The translations under genes were made by a program, and so were the position numbers. The notes under the pieces are model-generated. The model was not told where the DNA came from. It did no database searches and saw nothing but the letters and a program-made list of their open reading frames with translations. A DNA stretch of 64,000 bases from the human T2T-CHM13v2.0 reference genome, Homo sapiens: the NCBI RefSeq assembly GCF_009914755.1, contig NC_060937.1; one strand, 5' to 3'. Shown piece after piece: positions 1 to 14,150 of this stretch. Positions within the stretch are counted from its first letter, which is position 1. Each line of letters opens with the position of its first letter.

Positions 1-596
1 GATTTGAAGCTGTTTTTTACATTGATGCAAAACATAAAAAAATACAGAGTTATCTGAATAGTGTTTCCTGTCCTTGAAAAAGCAAGCATAATGATCTCTA
101 TTAGTCTATTTTATCCCACAAGCCCCAAGAAAAAGCAAATAATTGAATTTATCTCTTATAGTTTTAAGTCATTTTTCTATAGTGAACATTCACCAACTTT
201 CACTTTTCTCTTGCTTAATTTCATTAATTTGTTTTTAAGACCTTCCCTTTCAGGATATTATTTATGATGCTACCTAAAATAAACGATCTATAAATAATAA
301 TTCAGATAACTTTTATCTGTTTAGATAAAAATAAACAAGTTTAGCATTTCATTGTTTACAATGATAATTCCCAGTGAAACTGGCATAGCCTAAGAAAGGT
401 AGAATGGTGATTCATTGGACCAAAGTAAAGAATTATTCGAGCTTTTATTTATATCTGTTATAAATCTAAAGTATGAAATAAATTAAGTTGTAATAATATC
501 TAATATATAAATTGATACATATCAGAAAGTGATGTATTTGATTAGATTGAAAAGAGAAATAAGAAAACTGCATGAATTAGCCAAATTTATTTAGTG

Positions 597-597
<1 letters not shown>

Positions 598-639
<42 letters not shown>
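598..639. repeat. (TG)n microsatellite, ~21 units
   Basis: Uninterrupted tgtgtg run read directly. Confidence 0.97.
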
Positions 640-640
<1 letters not shown>

Positions 641-1398
641 CTTACAAACTCCACTTAATAATCTCCACTACCTGATTAGGAATCCATTGTACTCTGATAT
701 CCAGATATTATTGAGTTAACAGAAAAGCACTAATATATTTCTTCTTCCTTAGACAATAATGAAAGAGCTTATAGAGTTAAAATACACGTAAGACAGAAAG
801 ACGCTTTGCATATGTAATGTCAACCTACGTCCACTGTAGGGAAAGTAAAATTTCTTGTTAGTGTTGCTTACATATCTTATGATTCTGAGTAGTTAGTAAA
901 GGTTTCTGAAAATAATGATTTTGAGTTTGAACAAGCATATTTTGTTCAAGTAATTAAAGTTTTGGTGAAACTAAAGACAGCATCACCTTCATTGCTAGCT
1001 CTAACTTTTAATTTTATACCTTTGTAAGTAGCATTGATTTGTCATAGTTATAAATTATGTATCCAATAAAAGGAAAATAAAAGAATAAAACAGCTTAACG
1101 GTTTAGGCCAAAAGTTTGGCCTTACATTGACTTCATTTTTAAAATGTTTGCTTTATGTAAATCATTATTCCAGTCAAATTTAATCAAAATTCATACACAA
1201 GATACATTGTGAATATGCCACAATATGTTAATATTAGGATTATTGTTTTAAAATATGCGGAGACTTGTCCAACTAGCCAAAATAATTGCTTTACTTTCAC
1301 TATAAACTAATGTGCTAAGTTGTTGAACAAGTTTTAGAATATTACCCTCATCCTTAACTGAACTGGCCAAATTTTATTTTATAGACTGTATAATGTAG

Positions 1399-1725
<327 letters not shown>

Positions 1726-2914
1726 TGGCTTTACTTTTAACTAGTCTAATTGAAATGAAATTGAAATGCACCTAATATTATTCCAATTTCTGGCTACATT
1801 ATTTTAAACCATGTGTACCCTGGAATAGCACTAATTAATAAAGTGTTACTATACCCTTATTTTATTCTTCATCAGTATATATATTTTTAAAAACATGCAT
1901 TTTTATTTAAATACTTACACTTGGCTCCTATTTCTTAGTGCAATCATTTAAACTCTACCAATTAACTATAAAATATTAATAAGAAGTTAGCTGTTTAAAA
2001 CAAATTGGGTTATCTCATTCATTCAGTGTTTAGAAATCAATACTTATTAAATTTCACAAGCAATACAATTCAAAAACTATAAAAATGATTTTGAAAAACT
2101 GGGTAGAATTTTGAGTAATTTTTCATGAGTAGAGCTCTCAGAACAGCTTTTTTAGAAAAATAGTATTTTTAAGTATTTAGATATATTGTTTTTATTTTTA
2201 TTACCACAATTACTTGGTCATTAAATTTATTGTGTAAATAAAGAGTTTCCAGAAGAAATAGAATTATATCATGCACACTGATATTTGATCTGAATTCTCT
2301 ATTACTTGAGCCTTTAGGCAAAAATTGACACAGAGCATCTTCTTGTGCAATTTTAGGAATCTCTAAAATGTCCAAATCAAACACTTGCCTGATTTTATTG
2401 TCCTGCTTTAGTCTATTGTAAGCCAATGAGTCAACAATACTTATTGTGACTTCATTCTGCACAGAAGATAATTGGATTACAAAAAACTGGAAAACATTGA
2501 ATTTTCCTGAAAGAAGAATGTAGCAGATATCAAAGGACATAACTGGTGTGGTCAGAGTTATAGCATAAAGATATCATATACTCTTCACATGTTAAAAATC
2601 TCAAAAGGGTCTACTTTCTGGTATTTTCTTTTAACAAATGAGGTTAAAATGAGACGTAACTTTATGATTGGATATGTGCTCACCTCATAAATGTCAGTTT
2701 AAATTCATTTTAGGCAAAACAGTGAGCTATTGTTTGTAGATAGTTTGCTGAGTTGCTTAAGTCATGTTATTTATGTTTTAATTAGAAGATCAACCCTTGT
2801 GTAAAAAAGTTGAGCTTCACGTTGTCCAGATTTCAAGATTAAGTCTGCACTGCGGCTGTCTTGTCCATTTTTATTTTAGAGCTGTAAGCAACAAAGTTCC
2901 AAATAACGGGTAAT

Positions 2915-3500
2915 ACAATTTATTGAATATCTGTGAAGCTAAAAAAACCTACATGCATTATCATACTTAATCCTCATAATAAACTTTAAAGGTGGGTATT
3001 ATTATTATTATCACTGGCATGTGGGTTATACAATTACATATTATTAATTTTCTTAATATAATTCTGACATGTGAACATTATAGAAGTTGTATAAATCAAA
3101 TTGAACAAAATTAAAATAAATAGAAACACCTATTGCCCAAACACCCATAGGTATTCATTTTTAATATTTCATTCTCTATCATGCATATATTTTTATAAAA
3201 GATAATAATACAGTTAAAATTTTAGGAATTGCTTGTTTCCTAAATATCAATGTATTCTCATGATATTGAATACTTTTAGACAGCTATAATTTACATTATT
3301 ATATGTATACTATATCTATATTTATTAAATCAAATGTAATTATTTAACCACACCATATTTTATGACTGGCACATTATTTATACTATTTGTTATTTTAAGA
3401 GTACTACTAGCTTTAAAACAATTACACATGTAATCATTACCATTTTAGAGATAAGGTAACTGAGACACAGACTAAGCAAAACCTATTCAGGATACTGCCA
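2915..3500 (-). mobile_element. Degenerate MIR in two pieces (~2915-3010 and ~3430-3500)
   Basis: MIR-like words atttattgaa...ttaatcctcataataa...ggtattattatt and cattttagagataaggtaactgagacacaga. Confidence 0.5.
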
Positions 3501-3982
3501 TCTCTAAAGCTTGTATTCTTGTTTAAATATTTAAATAACACTATTTTCTTATTACAGTTCCTGTACATGCTGATAATAACTTAATTACAATACAAATTTT
3601 ATTCTCAACCCTACCTGCCTGAGCCAAATTACTATAAGATTTTAGTATTAGTTTTGTACACTTGTATTTTCCGTTGATACTTTTCTTAGGCTATATTAGC
3701 AAAGGTAACATCAGTGAGATAGATAGTATGAACTTCTTCTAACTCTTGCTAAATGTCACATTGCCAGGCCTTAACACTCTATCAAATTTAACCTAGAGTG
3801 CAGAAAAATATTGCCCTTACAAGAAGCTGATACAATAGTGCTATTTTAAAACTTACATATTTCTTGACACATCTAATAAATAAAAATAACATTTTACTGA
3901 TATTTAATCTTAATATTCTTTATTTTTAATTCAGGCCATTGCTCCTGACAGTTAGTAAGTTTTGCCTATTTTAAAATGAATT

Positions 3983-5372
3983 GGAGATTGGCCCAAGATG
4001 GCCGATTAGAAGCAGCTGCAGTGCACGGCACCCACAGACAGGAATGAAAAGGGATGAATGAACTCAGCATCTTCAACTGAAATATCCAGGTTTTCACTTG
4101 TGACTGACTAGGCAAACAACACAACACACAGAGAATGAAAAAAAAAAGCCAGCGTTGGAGGGGTGATGGCCCACCCTGGAGTGGCATGGAGCCAAAGGAA
4201 GCCCCACCCCCAGCCGAGGGAACTGGTGAGTGATTGTCCAACCCTGCCTGGAAAACCATGCTTCTTCCATGCATCTCTGAAACTCATGGATCAGGAGATC
4301 CCCTTGTGAGCCCACACCATCTGGGCCTTGAGTCTGATATGTGAAGCAATGTGGAGTATAAGCAGAGCAGCCACTCAGGCACACAGAGACCCAGGAGCTT
4401 CACACACTCTGATCCTGGGATGCCTGGCAAGATGGGGAATCTGTCTATACATATTTCTAGGAATGGGGCCGAATCCAGGAAGCCAAGCAGCATTGTTCTG
4501 TGGGCCCCACTTCCACAGTGCCTCACAATTTAAGACCCACTGGCTTGGAATTCAGCTAGCCAATGGCAGCAGGTTGAAGTCCACCTTTGATGGATCCAAT
4601 TTCCCAGGGGCAACCACCAAGTCTGTGGTTTGGTCAACTCAGCCACTCCAGCCTGCTGGCTTTGGAGAATACAGGTAGTCCAGATGAGAAAGGGTCCCCA
4701 CCAATGCAGCACACCTGCTCTACCAAAAAGCAGCCAGACTGCTTCTTTAGGACAGTTTCTGATCCTGTTCCTTCTAACTGAGTGAGACCTCCCAACAGAG
4801 GTCTCCAGCCATCTCCTACATGTGCATGTGGGCCAGCAACAGGTCAGTCCCCTTCTGGGACAAAGCTTCCAGAGGAAGGAGCTGGTTGACATCTTTGCTG
4901 TTCTGAAACCTTCATTCGTGGTACCTCCAGGTATGGGAGAAACTGAGGCAACTGGAGTCTGGAGCAAATCCCCAGAGAACTGCAGCAGCCCTATGGTAAA
5001 GTGGCCTGACTGTGAAAAAACAAACAAATGGAAAACAACAACAACTGAGAAAAAAAGACCCCACAGAAACCTCGTTCAAAGGTCAGCAACCTCAAAAATT
5101 GAAGGTAGATAAGACTACAAAGATAAGAAAGAATCAACACAAAAATGCTGAAAACTCAAAAAGCCAGAGTGCCTCTGCTCCTTAAATGATAGCAACACCT
5201 CCCCAGCAAGGGCACTAAACTGAGCTGAGGCTGAGATGGCTGACTAACAGAAGTAGGCTTCAGAAGGTGGGTAATAATGAACTTCACTGAAGAAAAGGGC
5301 ATGTTGTAACCCAATTAAAAGAAGCTAAGAATCATAATAAAAAAAATACAGAAGATGATAGCCAGAATAAAA
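3983..5372 (+). mobile_element. L1 5'UTR and start of ORF1 (older primate L1PA/L1P4-like)
   Basis: Begins ggagattggcccaagatggccga (YY1 site caagatggccg), GC-rich UTR, then decayed ORF1 start ataagaaagaatcaacac at ~5123. Confidence 0.88.
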
Positions 5373-5379
5373 TAAAATC

Positions 5380-5918
5380 AGTGTTTATCAAGGATATTGG
5401 CCTGAAGTTTTCTTATTTATTTATTTATTGTATCTCTGCCAGGTTTTGGTATCAGGATGATGCTGATCTCATAGAATGAGTTAGGAAGGAGTCCCTCCTT
5501 TTCAATTGTTTTGAATATTTTCAGTAGAAATGGTGTCAGCTCTTTTTCCTACCTCTAGTAGAATTCAGCTGTGAATCTGTCTGGCATTGGGCATTTTTTC
5601 GTTGGTAGGATATTACTGCCTAACTTTCAACATTCTTTATTGGTTTATTCTGGGATTCACTTTCTTCCTGTTTCAGGCTTGGGGGGATGTTTGTGTCTAG
5701 GAATTTGCCCATTTTTTTTAGATTTTTCTAGTTTATCTGCATAGAGGTGTTTATAGTATTCTCTGATGGTTGTTTTTATTTCTGTGAGGACAGTGGTGAT
5801 ATCCCCTTTATCATTTTTTATTGTGCTTATTTGATTATTCTTTATTTTCATCTTTATTAGTCTAACAGTCTATTTTATTAATTTTTTTCAAAAAACAGCC
5901 CCCGAATTCATTGATTTT
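5380..5918 (-). mobile_element. L1 ORF2 fragment, inverted relative to the adjoining 5'UTR
   Basis: ORF 5657-5851(-) contains [25 protein letters not shown], which matches L1 ORF2p. Confidence 0.9.
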
Positions 5919-7698
5919 ATGATTTCTTCTCAACTTAAAAGCTCGTAATAGTTATAAGAAAATATGGCCACCCCAATTTTTACTTTCCCACAGTTTTCTC
6001 ATACTTTCAGTGATTTATGTTTTATGAAAATCCTCAGTTAAAATGCAATATCCCATTTTTAGTGTCCTCCTCAAATCCTTACCCCATCCTCTGTCCTCCT
6101 TAAGCTTTTCCCACCTTGCTTATAAGCAATTTCTGGCTCAATATAGAAATAGCAGCTTTACAGTGTGACAATAAGACCTTAGCTATGCCACCTCATAGTT
6201 AGAATGGTTAGCCTATATCAATAGTGTGTGTATATGTATTTATTTTTGAATTGGGAAACATATCGTTTAGAATGGTAAAGTAGTTTATTCTCAATTTCTA
6301 CATTGAGTGGTTTTGCTCTATTTACCATAGCACAATTAGGCCACCTAATAGTTTGATTGGTTTTGCATTACTTTGAATTTTTTCACAGATTATTGCCATT
6401 GATCATTATCATGTATTCTTGGGTATTGGGAGACCATAATAATTTGAATATGGGTGGTTTTATAAATATGTTAATGAGAATATGGGAGATTAGAAATCAA
6501 GGCTGCTATAAGATAATTGCTTAAATAAGCCTATCCTCACCTTAATACTTTTTACTTCATACTTACATACATTATACTTCTTCGTACTTTATACTGCCCC
6601 CCTAAGCCACATCATTAATGAAGAGAAGAGTTGGTTATATACTTCATGCCTGCATACTCTAAGCCTGGTGTTCTTGCCCATGGCAACCATTTACCTCCCA
6701 AGAAATTATTAATGGAGATAGGTTAATAATAAAACTGAAAACCATCAAATTCAATTAATGTATTTATCGGAACCTCACAGAAAAAAGTAATGGAAACCAA
6801 CATACTTATATACTACTTTAATTTTATTATTATAAGTTCCCATGATAAATAAGATTAATTCATCACTGTTACTATATCACACCAAATTTAAAGTTAATTA
6901 TCATGGTACGGAGCCATATTTTTTCAAAAACTGTCAGAATTCAATATGCACAAGATATGCACTTAAATTGAATGAATAACATAAAGAAAAGTTTGTTCAA
7001 TATATTATCTTAACAGGCAAGTTTATTAGAAGACAAAGAATAAAGTCACTTAAATAATTGTATCTTTCTTGGCAAAGAATGCAGGTATTGTTCCTGAAAT
7101 AAGTGTTTGTTCTCGTCTTTTTTTTTTTCTATAGAGATTGATGAAAGAAAGCTCCCAGTTGTGTGAATTCTGCTTTGGAAAATATGTTCTATATATACTG
7201 GAGGCACATAATTGCAAATATTGAATGGCATAGCCACAATTAACTAAATAAACGTATTTCAGAAGGGGAAAAGACATTGAATACAAAGATAGACAATGAG
7301 TTAATGAACTCCCTCTGCTTCGTTCATACACAATAAGGAGTAAATGTAACAAATTGGAAAGACATTAAAATGAGGAACAATAGTAATCATATAAATTATA
7401 GCCAACAGCAGCTGCATTTTCCCATCACCCATATCCTTTCTCTAGGTGTTTTTCATGGCTTTTTTCCTCTCAGTTACATTTACAGACCTTAAAAATCTCA
7501 GAAGAGCAATAAGTATAAAAACAATAAAAATGCTACAGATACCTTCCCTTACCAGGTAAAATTCACAACACTATTTGGAAATACAGCATGTATTTTTTTC
7601 TGAATATTTTTTGAGCATTGAATGAAATGAAAAATTATAAATTAAGCATTTTGGATTGGAAAGAAGAAACATAAAACGAATTTTAATAGTATTATTAA

Positions 7699-8024
<326 letters not shown>

Positions 8025-8399
8025 AGAAAGTTCCTATCTTTCTTTGGGTACATCAGAGAGCTGAGTTTACAGGGCAATCAACTATCCCACAATTTAAAGA
8101 AAGGGAAGCACCTCCAAAGCAACAGGACTGCAAGCGCTTAATTACCTAGGGCGGTTTTAGCTGGACAACAAGAAGATGATTTAGATAGATTAAGTGAGAG
8201 AAATTGTATGGAGGCCCTGGGGGCAAGTTTGCACTTTCTTGTAAGGTTTAACGGGCAAGAACACCTGGAGTTCACAAAAAAAATACTGGGAAGAGTCATG
8301 AGAAAGCATTTTTCCTGGTGCAAGACCGGTGAAGCAGAATATCAGCCCCTATGAGAGGAGCAGGAAACCACCTGGACTCCTTTCACCTATATCCACTAC

Positions 8400-8600
8400 A
8401 GAAAAAGAGGAAAAATGAAAGATAATAAGAAACTAATAAAAAACAGTTAGCAAGTAGGTAGATTTTAATTCACCACATCAATAATTACAGTAAATGTGAA
8501 ATTTACAAAAAACTAATTAAAAAAGGAGTTTATTAAATTGAATAAAAACGCAAGACCCAACTGTGTATGTAAACAAGAATCACACTTTAAGTATAATTCA
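8400..8600 (+). mobile_element. Old L1M ORF2 endonuclease-region fragment (continues at ~10720)
   Basis: caagacccaact...caagaatcacactttaa resembles the L1 EN-domain start. Confidence 0.6.
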
Positions 8601-8604
8601 ATGA

Positions 8605-9775
8605 CTTTTGTTTAAGACTTTAATCCATTTTGAGCAGATTCTTATATTAGGGTGACATAAAAGTTCTTTTTAATTCTGCATGTGGATTTCCAGTTTCCCA
8701 ACATTATTTACTGAAGACACTGTCTCTTTTCCACTATCAGTTCTTGCCATCTTTGTCAAAAATAAATTGATTACAGGTGTGTGGGTGAATTTCTAAGCTC
8801 TTTTTCTTATCCCAATGGTCAACCTGTTTATTTTAATGTCAGCATAATGCTGTTTTGATTATTATGGCTTTGTAATATATTTTGAAATCTATTAGTGTGG
8901 TACCTTCAGCTTTGTTCTCTTTGCTCAAGATTTCTTTGGCTATTCAGGGTCCTTTGTGGTTCCATATAAATTTTAGGGTTTTTAAAAAATTTATTTGAAG
9001 AATGACATTGGAATTTTAATAATGATTACATTGATTCTGTGATTTAATTTTGGTGGTATGGGACATTTGAACAATATTAATTTTATCAATTCATAGATAC
9101 AATGTATATTTCCATTTATTTGTGTAATCTTCAATTTCTTTTATTCATGTTTTATAGTTTCCTGTTTATAGATTTTTCACCTTCATTAAATGTATTCCTA
9201 AGTGGTGTTTGACACTATCGTAAGTAGTATCAAAATGGGGTTATTTTCTTAATTTCTTTTTCAGATAGTTTGTTGTTAATGTATAGAAATGCTACGGATT
9301 TTTGTAAGTTGATATTGTATCCTGAAACTTTACTGAATTAGTTTATCAGTTCTAATAGTTGTTTGGTGATGAATTTTGGTTTTCTGTGTATAAAATGATA
9401 TCATCAGCAAACAAGTAATTTCACATCTTCCTTTCTTATTTGGATGATTTTTATTTTATTTTTTCTTGTCTAATTGTTCTGTCTAGGTCTTCTTGAACTA
9501 TGCTGAAAAAAAGTGTTGAAAGTAGGCATCCTTGTGTTGTCCTTGAACTTAGGGGAAAAGTCTTCAACTTTTTACTGTTTAATATAATGTTCGCTGGAAG
9601 CTTGTCATATATGGCCTTTATTGTGTTCAGAACTAGACCTTCTATACTTAATTTATGGGAAGCTGTTATCATGAAAGGATTTGGGTGTTTTTAATCAAAT
9701 TTTTTTTCTGCATCTGTTGAGATGATCATATACGCTTACTGCACTTTTTTTCTGTTAATATGGTGGATCAAATTT
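8605..9775 (-). mobile_element. L1MA-type ORF2 segment, inverted 5' part of a twin-primed insertion
   Basis: ORF 9451-9672(-) has IKAIYDKLPANIILN..KLKTFPL..TTQGCLLS.LFFSIV, the L1 RT motif region. Confidence 0.9.
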
Positions 9776-9780
9776 AAAAA

Positions 9781-10625
9781 CTTACCTGTAACTGTTAGAT
9801 TTACTATTATCAAAAGGATGAAAGATAACAAAAGTTGGTGAGGATGTGGAAAAAGGTAGCCCATGCTGACTGTTGGTGATATTGTAAATTAGTACACTCA
9901 TTTTAGAAAATAGTATGGAGGGTCCTCAAAAAATTAAGAAGAGAATTACTATATGATCTAGCCATTCCACTTCTGGATATATATCTAAAGGAATTAAAAT
10001 ACATATATCAAAGAGATATCTGTGTCCCATGGTCATTGCAGCACTCTTTACAATAGCCAAAATATGGAAACAATTGAATTGCCCATCAAGGGATAAGTAG
10101 ATTTTTGAAATGTGGTGTTTATACACAATGGAATCCTATTCAGGCTTGAAAATCCAGTCTATCACTTGTGACCTGGATAAATCTAGAGGACATTATGCTA
10201 AGTGAGGTAAGCCAGGCACAAAATAAAAAATACTACATGATTTCACTTATATCTGGAACCTCAAAAGAATTTAACTCAAGAAGTTGAGAGTAGAATGAAA
10301 ATTACCAGAAGCTGAGGGAGGGAATGGATGGAGAAAGGGGAGATTTTGGTGAAACAGTAGAATTTTCAGTTAGACAGGAGTAATCAATTCTGTTGATGTC
10401 TTGCACAGCATGGTGACTATATTTAGTAATAAGGAATTATATATTTTAAAACAGCTAAAAGAAAGAATTTGAATGTCCTTGCCACAAAAAATGATAAGTA
10501 TTTCAGATGATAAATATGTTAATTAGCCTAATTTGATCATTCCACAATATATACCTATATCAAAACATCACATTGTATCTCATAAATATATACAATTATT
10601 ATTTGCTAATTAAAATTAATATTAA
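9781..10625 (+). mobile_element. L1MA 3' end (ORF2 C-terminus and 3'UTR)
   Basis: ttggtgaggatgtgga, tatgatctagccattccacttctgg, and L1MA tail tgatcattccacaat...tatcaaaacatcacattgta. Confidence 0.92.
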
Positions 10626-10719
10626 ATTTAAGAAGTATCATAGCTAGTAAATACTGCAGCTAGGGAGAAACTAAAGTGACTATATACAGATGTATCTATC
10701 TATATCTATACAAATAGAA

Positions 10720-11585
10720 ACATGTCAAAAAGATGGTTATCCAAAATGAAAGAATAAAATATACCATGCAAGGTTTAATCAAAACCAAGCTAGAGTAGTT
10801 TTATTAATGTTAGTCACAGTACACTTGACAATAAGAAATACAGTCACAGTGAAGGACATTTCATAATAATAAAAAGGTCAATTTTTGAAGAAATCATATC
10901 AATCCTAAATATTCATGCACCTAATATAAAGCAAACACTGAAAGAACTACAGTGAGAAATAAACAAATCACATTCATAGTTTACATTTCAATTATTTTCC
11001 CCACATAATTAATAGAACAAATAGGCACTAATAGAACAAATAATCAATAAAAATAGAGCAACTAGAAAATCAGAAATGATATAAAACACCTACGTAACCC
11101 TATCAACCAACTGGACCTAACTGATTTTTTTTAAAACACTACACCTGATAAATGTAGAACATATTGCTTTCGAAGACACAGGAACAATGCATATACAGAA
11201 CATAGAACACCTTCTGAGCTGCAAAACAGACCTTGAAAATGTAACAGAATGGAAATTATATAAAATATATTCCTAGAATATGATAAAATTAAGGTAGATA
11301 TTGATGAGAGAAAAATATTTAGAAAATTCACACAATTTGAGGAAATAACATATTTTAAAATAACATTTCAAAGAGGAAGTCTTATACAGGAAATTAAGCA
11401 TATCTTGTAGAAAACAAAAACAAAGAACACATCAAAATTTGTGGCATTCAGGTAAAGAATCAATTAAATATAAATTTATGGCACTAAATTAGGTTATTAG
11501 AAATATATAAAGTTCTTAAATTAGATAAGTTTCCAACATAAAAAACTAGACTAGGAAGAGCAAATTGTGACAAAAACAAGAAGAT
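10720..11585 (+). mobile_element. Old L1M ORF2 endonuclease-region fragment
   Basis: A-rich, with ataccatgcaa, ggacatttcataataataaaaaggtcaatt and tatcaaccaactggacctaactga. Confidence 0.75.
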
Positions 11586-11704
11586 AATGAGGGTGGAGCA
11601 AAATGGCCAAAGAGTGCTGCAGTAATTGTCCCCTATAGGAACATCAGATAAAAGAGAGCACCTTCATAAGAACCAAAATATCAGGGAAGCAATCACAGTA
11701 TCTT

Positions 11705-12246
11705 TGTTACTGGAAAAGGACTCTTGTCTCAGGCTCCAAGTGTGGGTTCTTGGATCTCACGTGAGAAATAATTCAGGGCAAGTCTCGGAATATAGTAAAG
11801 TTAATACAGTTTATTAGAAACTACTCTGTCACAGAATACAGCATCTTCATAAAGCAAAAAGAGAAACACCCCTACCTTAAACATAATGCTTGCTTATATA
11901 GGATATCATGGCTATGAATAGTGTACTTTATTATAAAAGCTTGTGATCAGCTTGTGACAGGCTATTAGTACTGTTATTTTCCTATGTAACTATTGATTTC
12001 AGCAATAATGATGACTGTACTATTTAAAGCAAAACTTATTCAACTAAAAATCTCTTTGTTCTTGAAATATTGGAACATTTCCACAAGTTCTGGGTCTTTA
12101 GTTGGTTAGCATTACTAACTAATTTGCTCAACCATAAACATATTATGACCAACAATGCCTAACCCTCTTGGAATGTAATCCAGTAGATTTGGCATTATCC
12201 GGCCTCTATTCAAGATGGAATCACTCTGGTTAGCATGCATCTGACA
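11705..12246 (-). mobile_element. Solo ERV1 LTR, MER41 family (diverged)
   Basis: TG...CA ends; reverse strand starts tgtcagatgcatgctaaccagagtgattccatcttgaatag; gggttcttggatctcac near the LTR 3' end. Confidence 0.8.
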
Positions 12247-12524
12247 CGTTGTTTTAACATAACAACAAGGAAAGACACACTGAAGAGGGTAGGAAAGACA
12301 ATTTGGCATTGCCTACACCACATCTCTCCTAATCCCAGGCAGTGCAGGGCAGAAAGAGAATCTGTGTGCTTTGCAGGGAGAGCAAAGTGAGTGTGAGACT
12401 TTGTATTGGAATTCAGTGCTGCCCCGTGGCAGCAAAATAAAACACAGGACAGAATTTTGCCAGTGTCTACAGACATTTAGATCAGTGCTGGGGTGGAGGG
12501 GAATCCTCCGTCAGTCCAGGCTGG

Positions 12525-12601
12525 AATCACAGCCAGCTGATTAAAGTTACCTAGGTCCCCAAATCACAGCCAGCTGATTAAAGTTACCTAGGTCCCCAAA
12601 T
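12525..12601. repeat. Perfect 37-bp tandem duplication
   Basis: aatcacagccagctgattaaagttacctaggtcccca at 12525-12561 and 12562-12598. Confidence 0.95.
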
Positions 12602-13879
12602 AAATTTGAGTGGTGGTCAGGCCACAAGGATTGCAGTCACTGGGCAAGCCCTGGTGCTGTGCTGGTCTCCGAAGCAATGGATTTGGGATGTGAATCAGTG
12701 CAACACCAGCTGTAAAGGCCACGAGAGTGCTTGTGTCACCCCCCCCCCGCCCCCGCAAATCCATGCAATGCAACTTGGGGAGACACTCCTTCCACTTGGT
12801 AGAAGGACAGGGAAGAATACAGAGGACTTTGTCTTATAATTTGGGTCCAAGTTCAGTCACAGAAAAATAAAGCTTCAGACAGATTCTTAAAGCCATTGAT
12901 TCTAGGCCTTTGCTCCTGATAGCATTTCTAGATATACCCTTGGCCAGAAGGGAATCTGCTGCTCTGATGAGATGGACCCAGTCTCAGCAAGATTCACCAT
13001 CTGATGGTGGTGGTTTTGGACCTTGAATAAACATCAGCAGCAACCAGGCAGTAGCAACCATGAGCCTTGGGTGAGCCCCATTACTGTGCTTTTCTGGAAA
13101 GCCATAGTCTTCAGGTAAGACCAAGCATGATGACAGTTGTGGTGGCCATGGGAGTTGCCTGCATCAACCCTTCTTTAATTCCAGGCAGCCTAGAGCAGAG
13201 AAAGCCTTCTTCTGAGGGAAAAAGACGAAAGAGAATGAGAGACTTTGCCTAGCAAAGGGAATTCTCTTCCTTAACTCCACCAGGGCTGTGTATCTAGGCG
13301 TCTGCAAGAGTCACAGCATTCCTGAGCTTACAGTGCACCCTAGTGCTGAAATGAATGCAGTGACTGCAGGCTTAGGTCACAACAGTCAATCCCCCTTGAA
13401 TTTCTTGGAATGCCCTCTCAAGAAGAATGGGAACAAACAAGCCAGGACTGTGAAGACTGGAATGAATATCTGACTTATCAGCAGAAACATTACAGGCTGG
13501 GAGCTAGTAGAATGACATATTCAGAGTGCTGAAGGGAAGGAAGAAAAAAACTTTCCTCCTAGAATTTTATATCCAGCAAAATTCTCCTTCTAACATGAGA
13601 GAAATAAAGACTTTCACAGAGGTACAAGAGCTGAAGAATTTTGTCACCACCAGAGTTATCTTACAATAAATGCTAAAGAAATTTCTTTAAACTGAAAGAA
13701 ACAGAAATTAACAAACAACAAGTAATTATCTGAATGTATAAAATTCATGGGTAATAGTAAGTCCAGACAAATATGGAATATTCTAACATCTAATTGCAAT
13801 ATCTAAACCACTCACATGTTTTAGAAGGAATATAAAAAGTCAAATCTGTCAAAATAATAACTAAAACAATTGTATTGAA

Positions 13880-14150
13880 GATTCTTGCCAATGTCATCAA
13901 GCAAAAAATAAATGAACTACATCCACATTAGAAAGAAAGAAGTAAAACTGTCTGTATCCACTTATGACTCTCTGTGCGGAATATCACATGGAATCTAAAG
14001 ACATGTATAAATAAGGTTAGACATGTTGAATATAGAATCTATATAAAAATCTGTTGTATTTCTATGTGCTAGCAATAAACAATTGGCATGAAAAAATTAG
14101 GTACTGTTTACAACAGTGTCAAAACTGTGAAATAATATTGAATATGTTTA
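13880..14150 (+). mobile_element. Old L1 ORF2 (RT-region) fragment
   Basis: catccacattagaaagaaagaagtaaaactgtct and aaaatctgttgtatttctatgtgctagcaataaacaa. Confidence 0.7.

Larger units (their letters stand above)
11588..13870 (+). mobile_element. L1 (L1MA/L1PB-type) 5'UTR fused to late ORF1, interrupted by an LTR
   Basis: Starts ggtggagcaaaatggcc; GC-richer UTR; jumps at ~13470 into gacttatcagcagaaac...agaattttatatccagcaaaa of late ORF1. Confidence 0.75.

Noticed and set aside
2169-2540. 123-aa ORF on the minus strand
   Set aside because: No recognisable domain or exon context; consistent with a chance ORF in AT-rich DNA.
3966-5112. Cluster of overlapping ORFs up to 165 aa
   Set aside because: All lie in a GC-rich L1 5'UTR where stop codons are rare.
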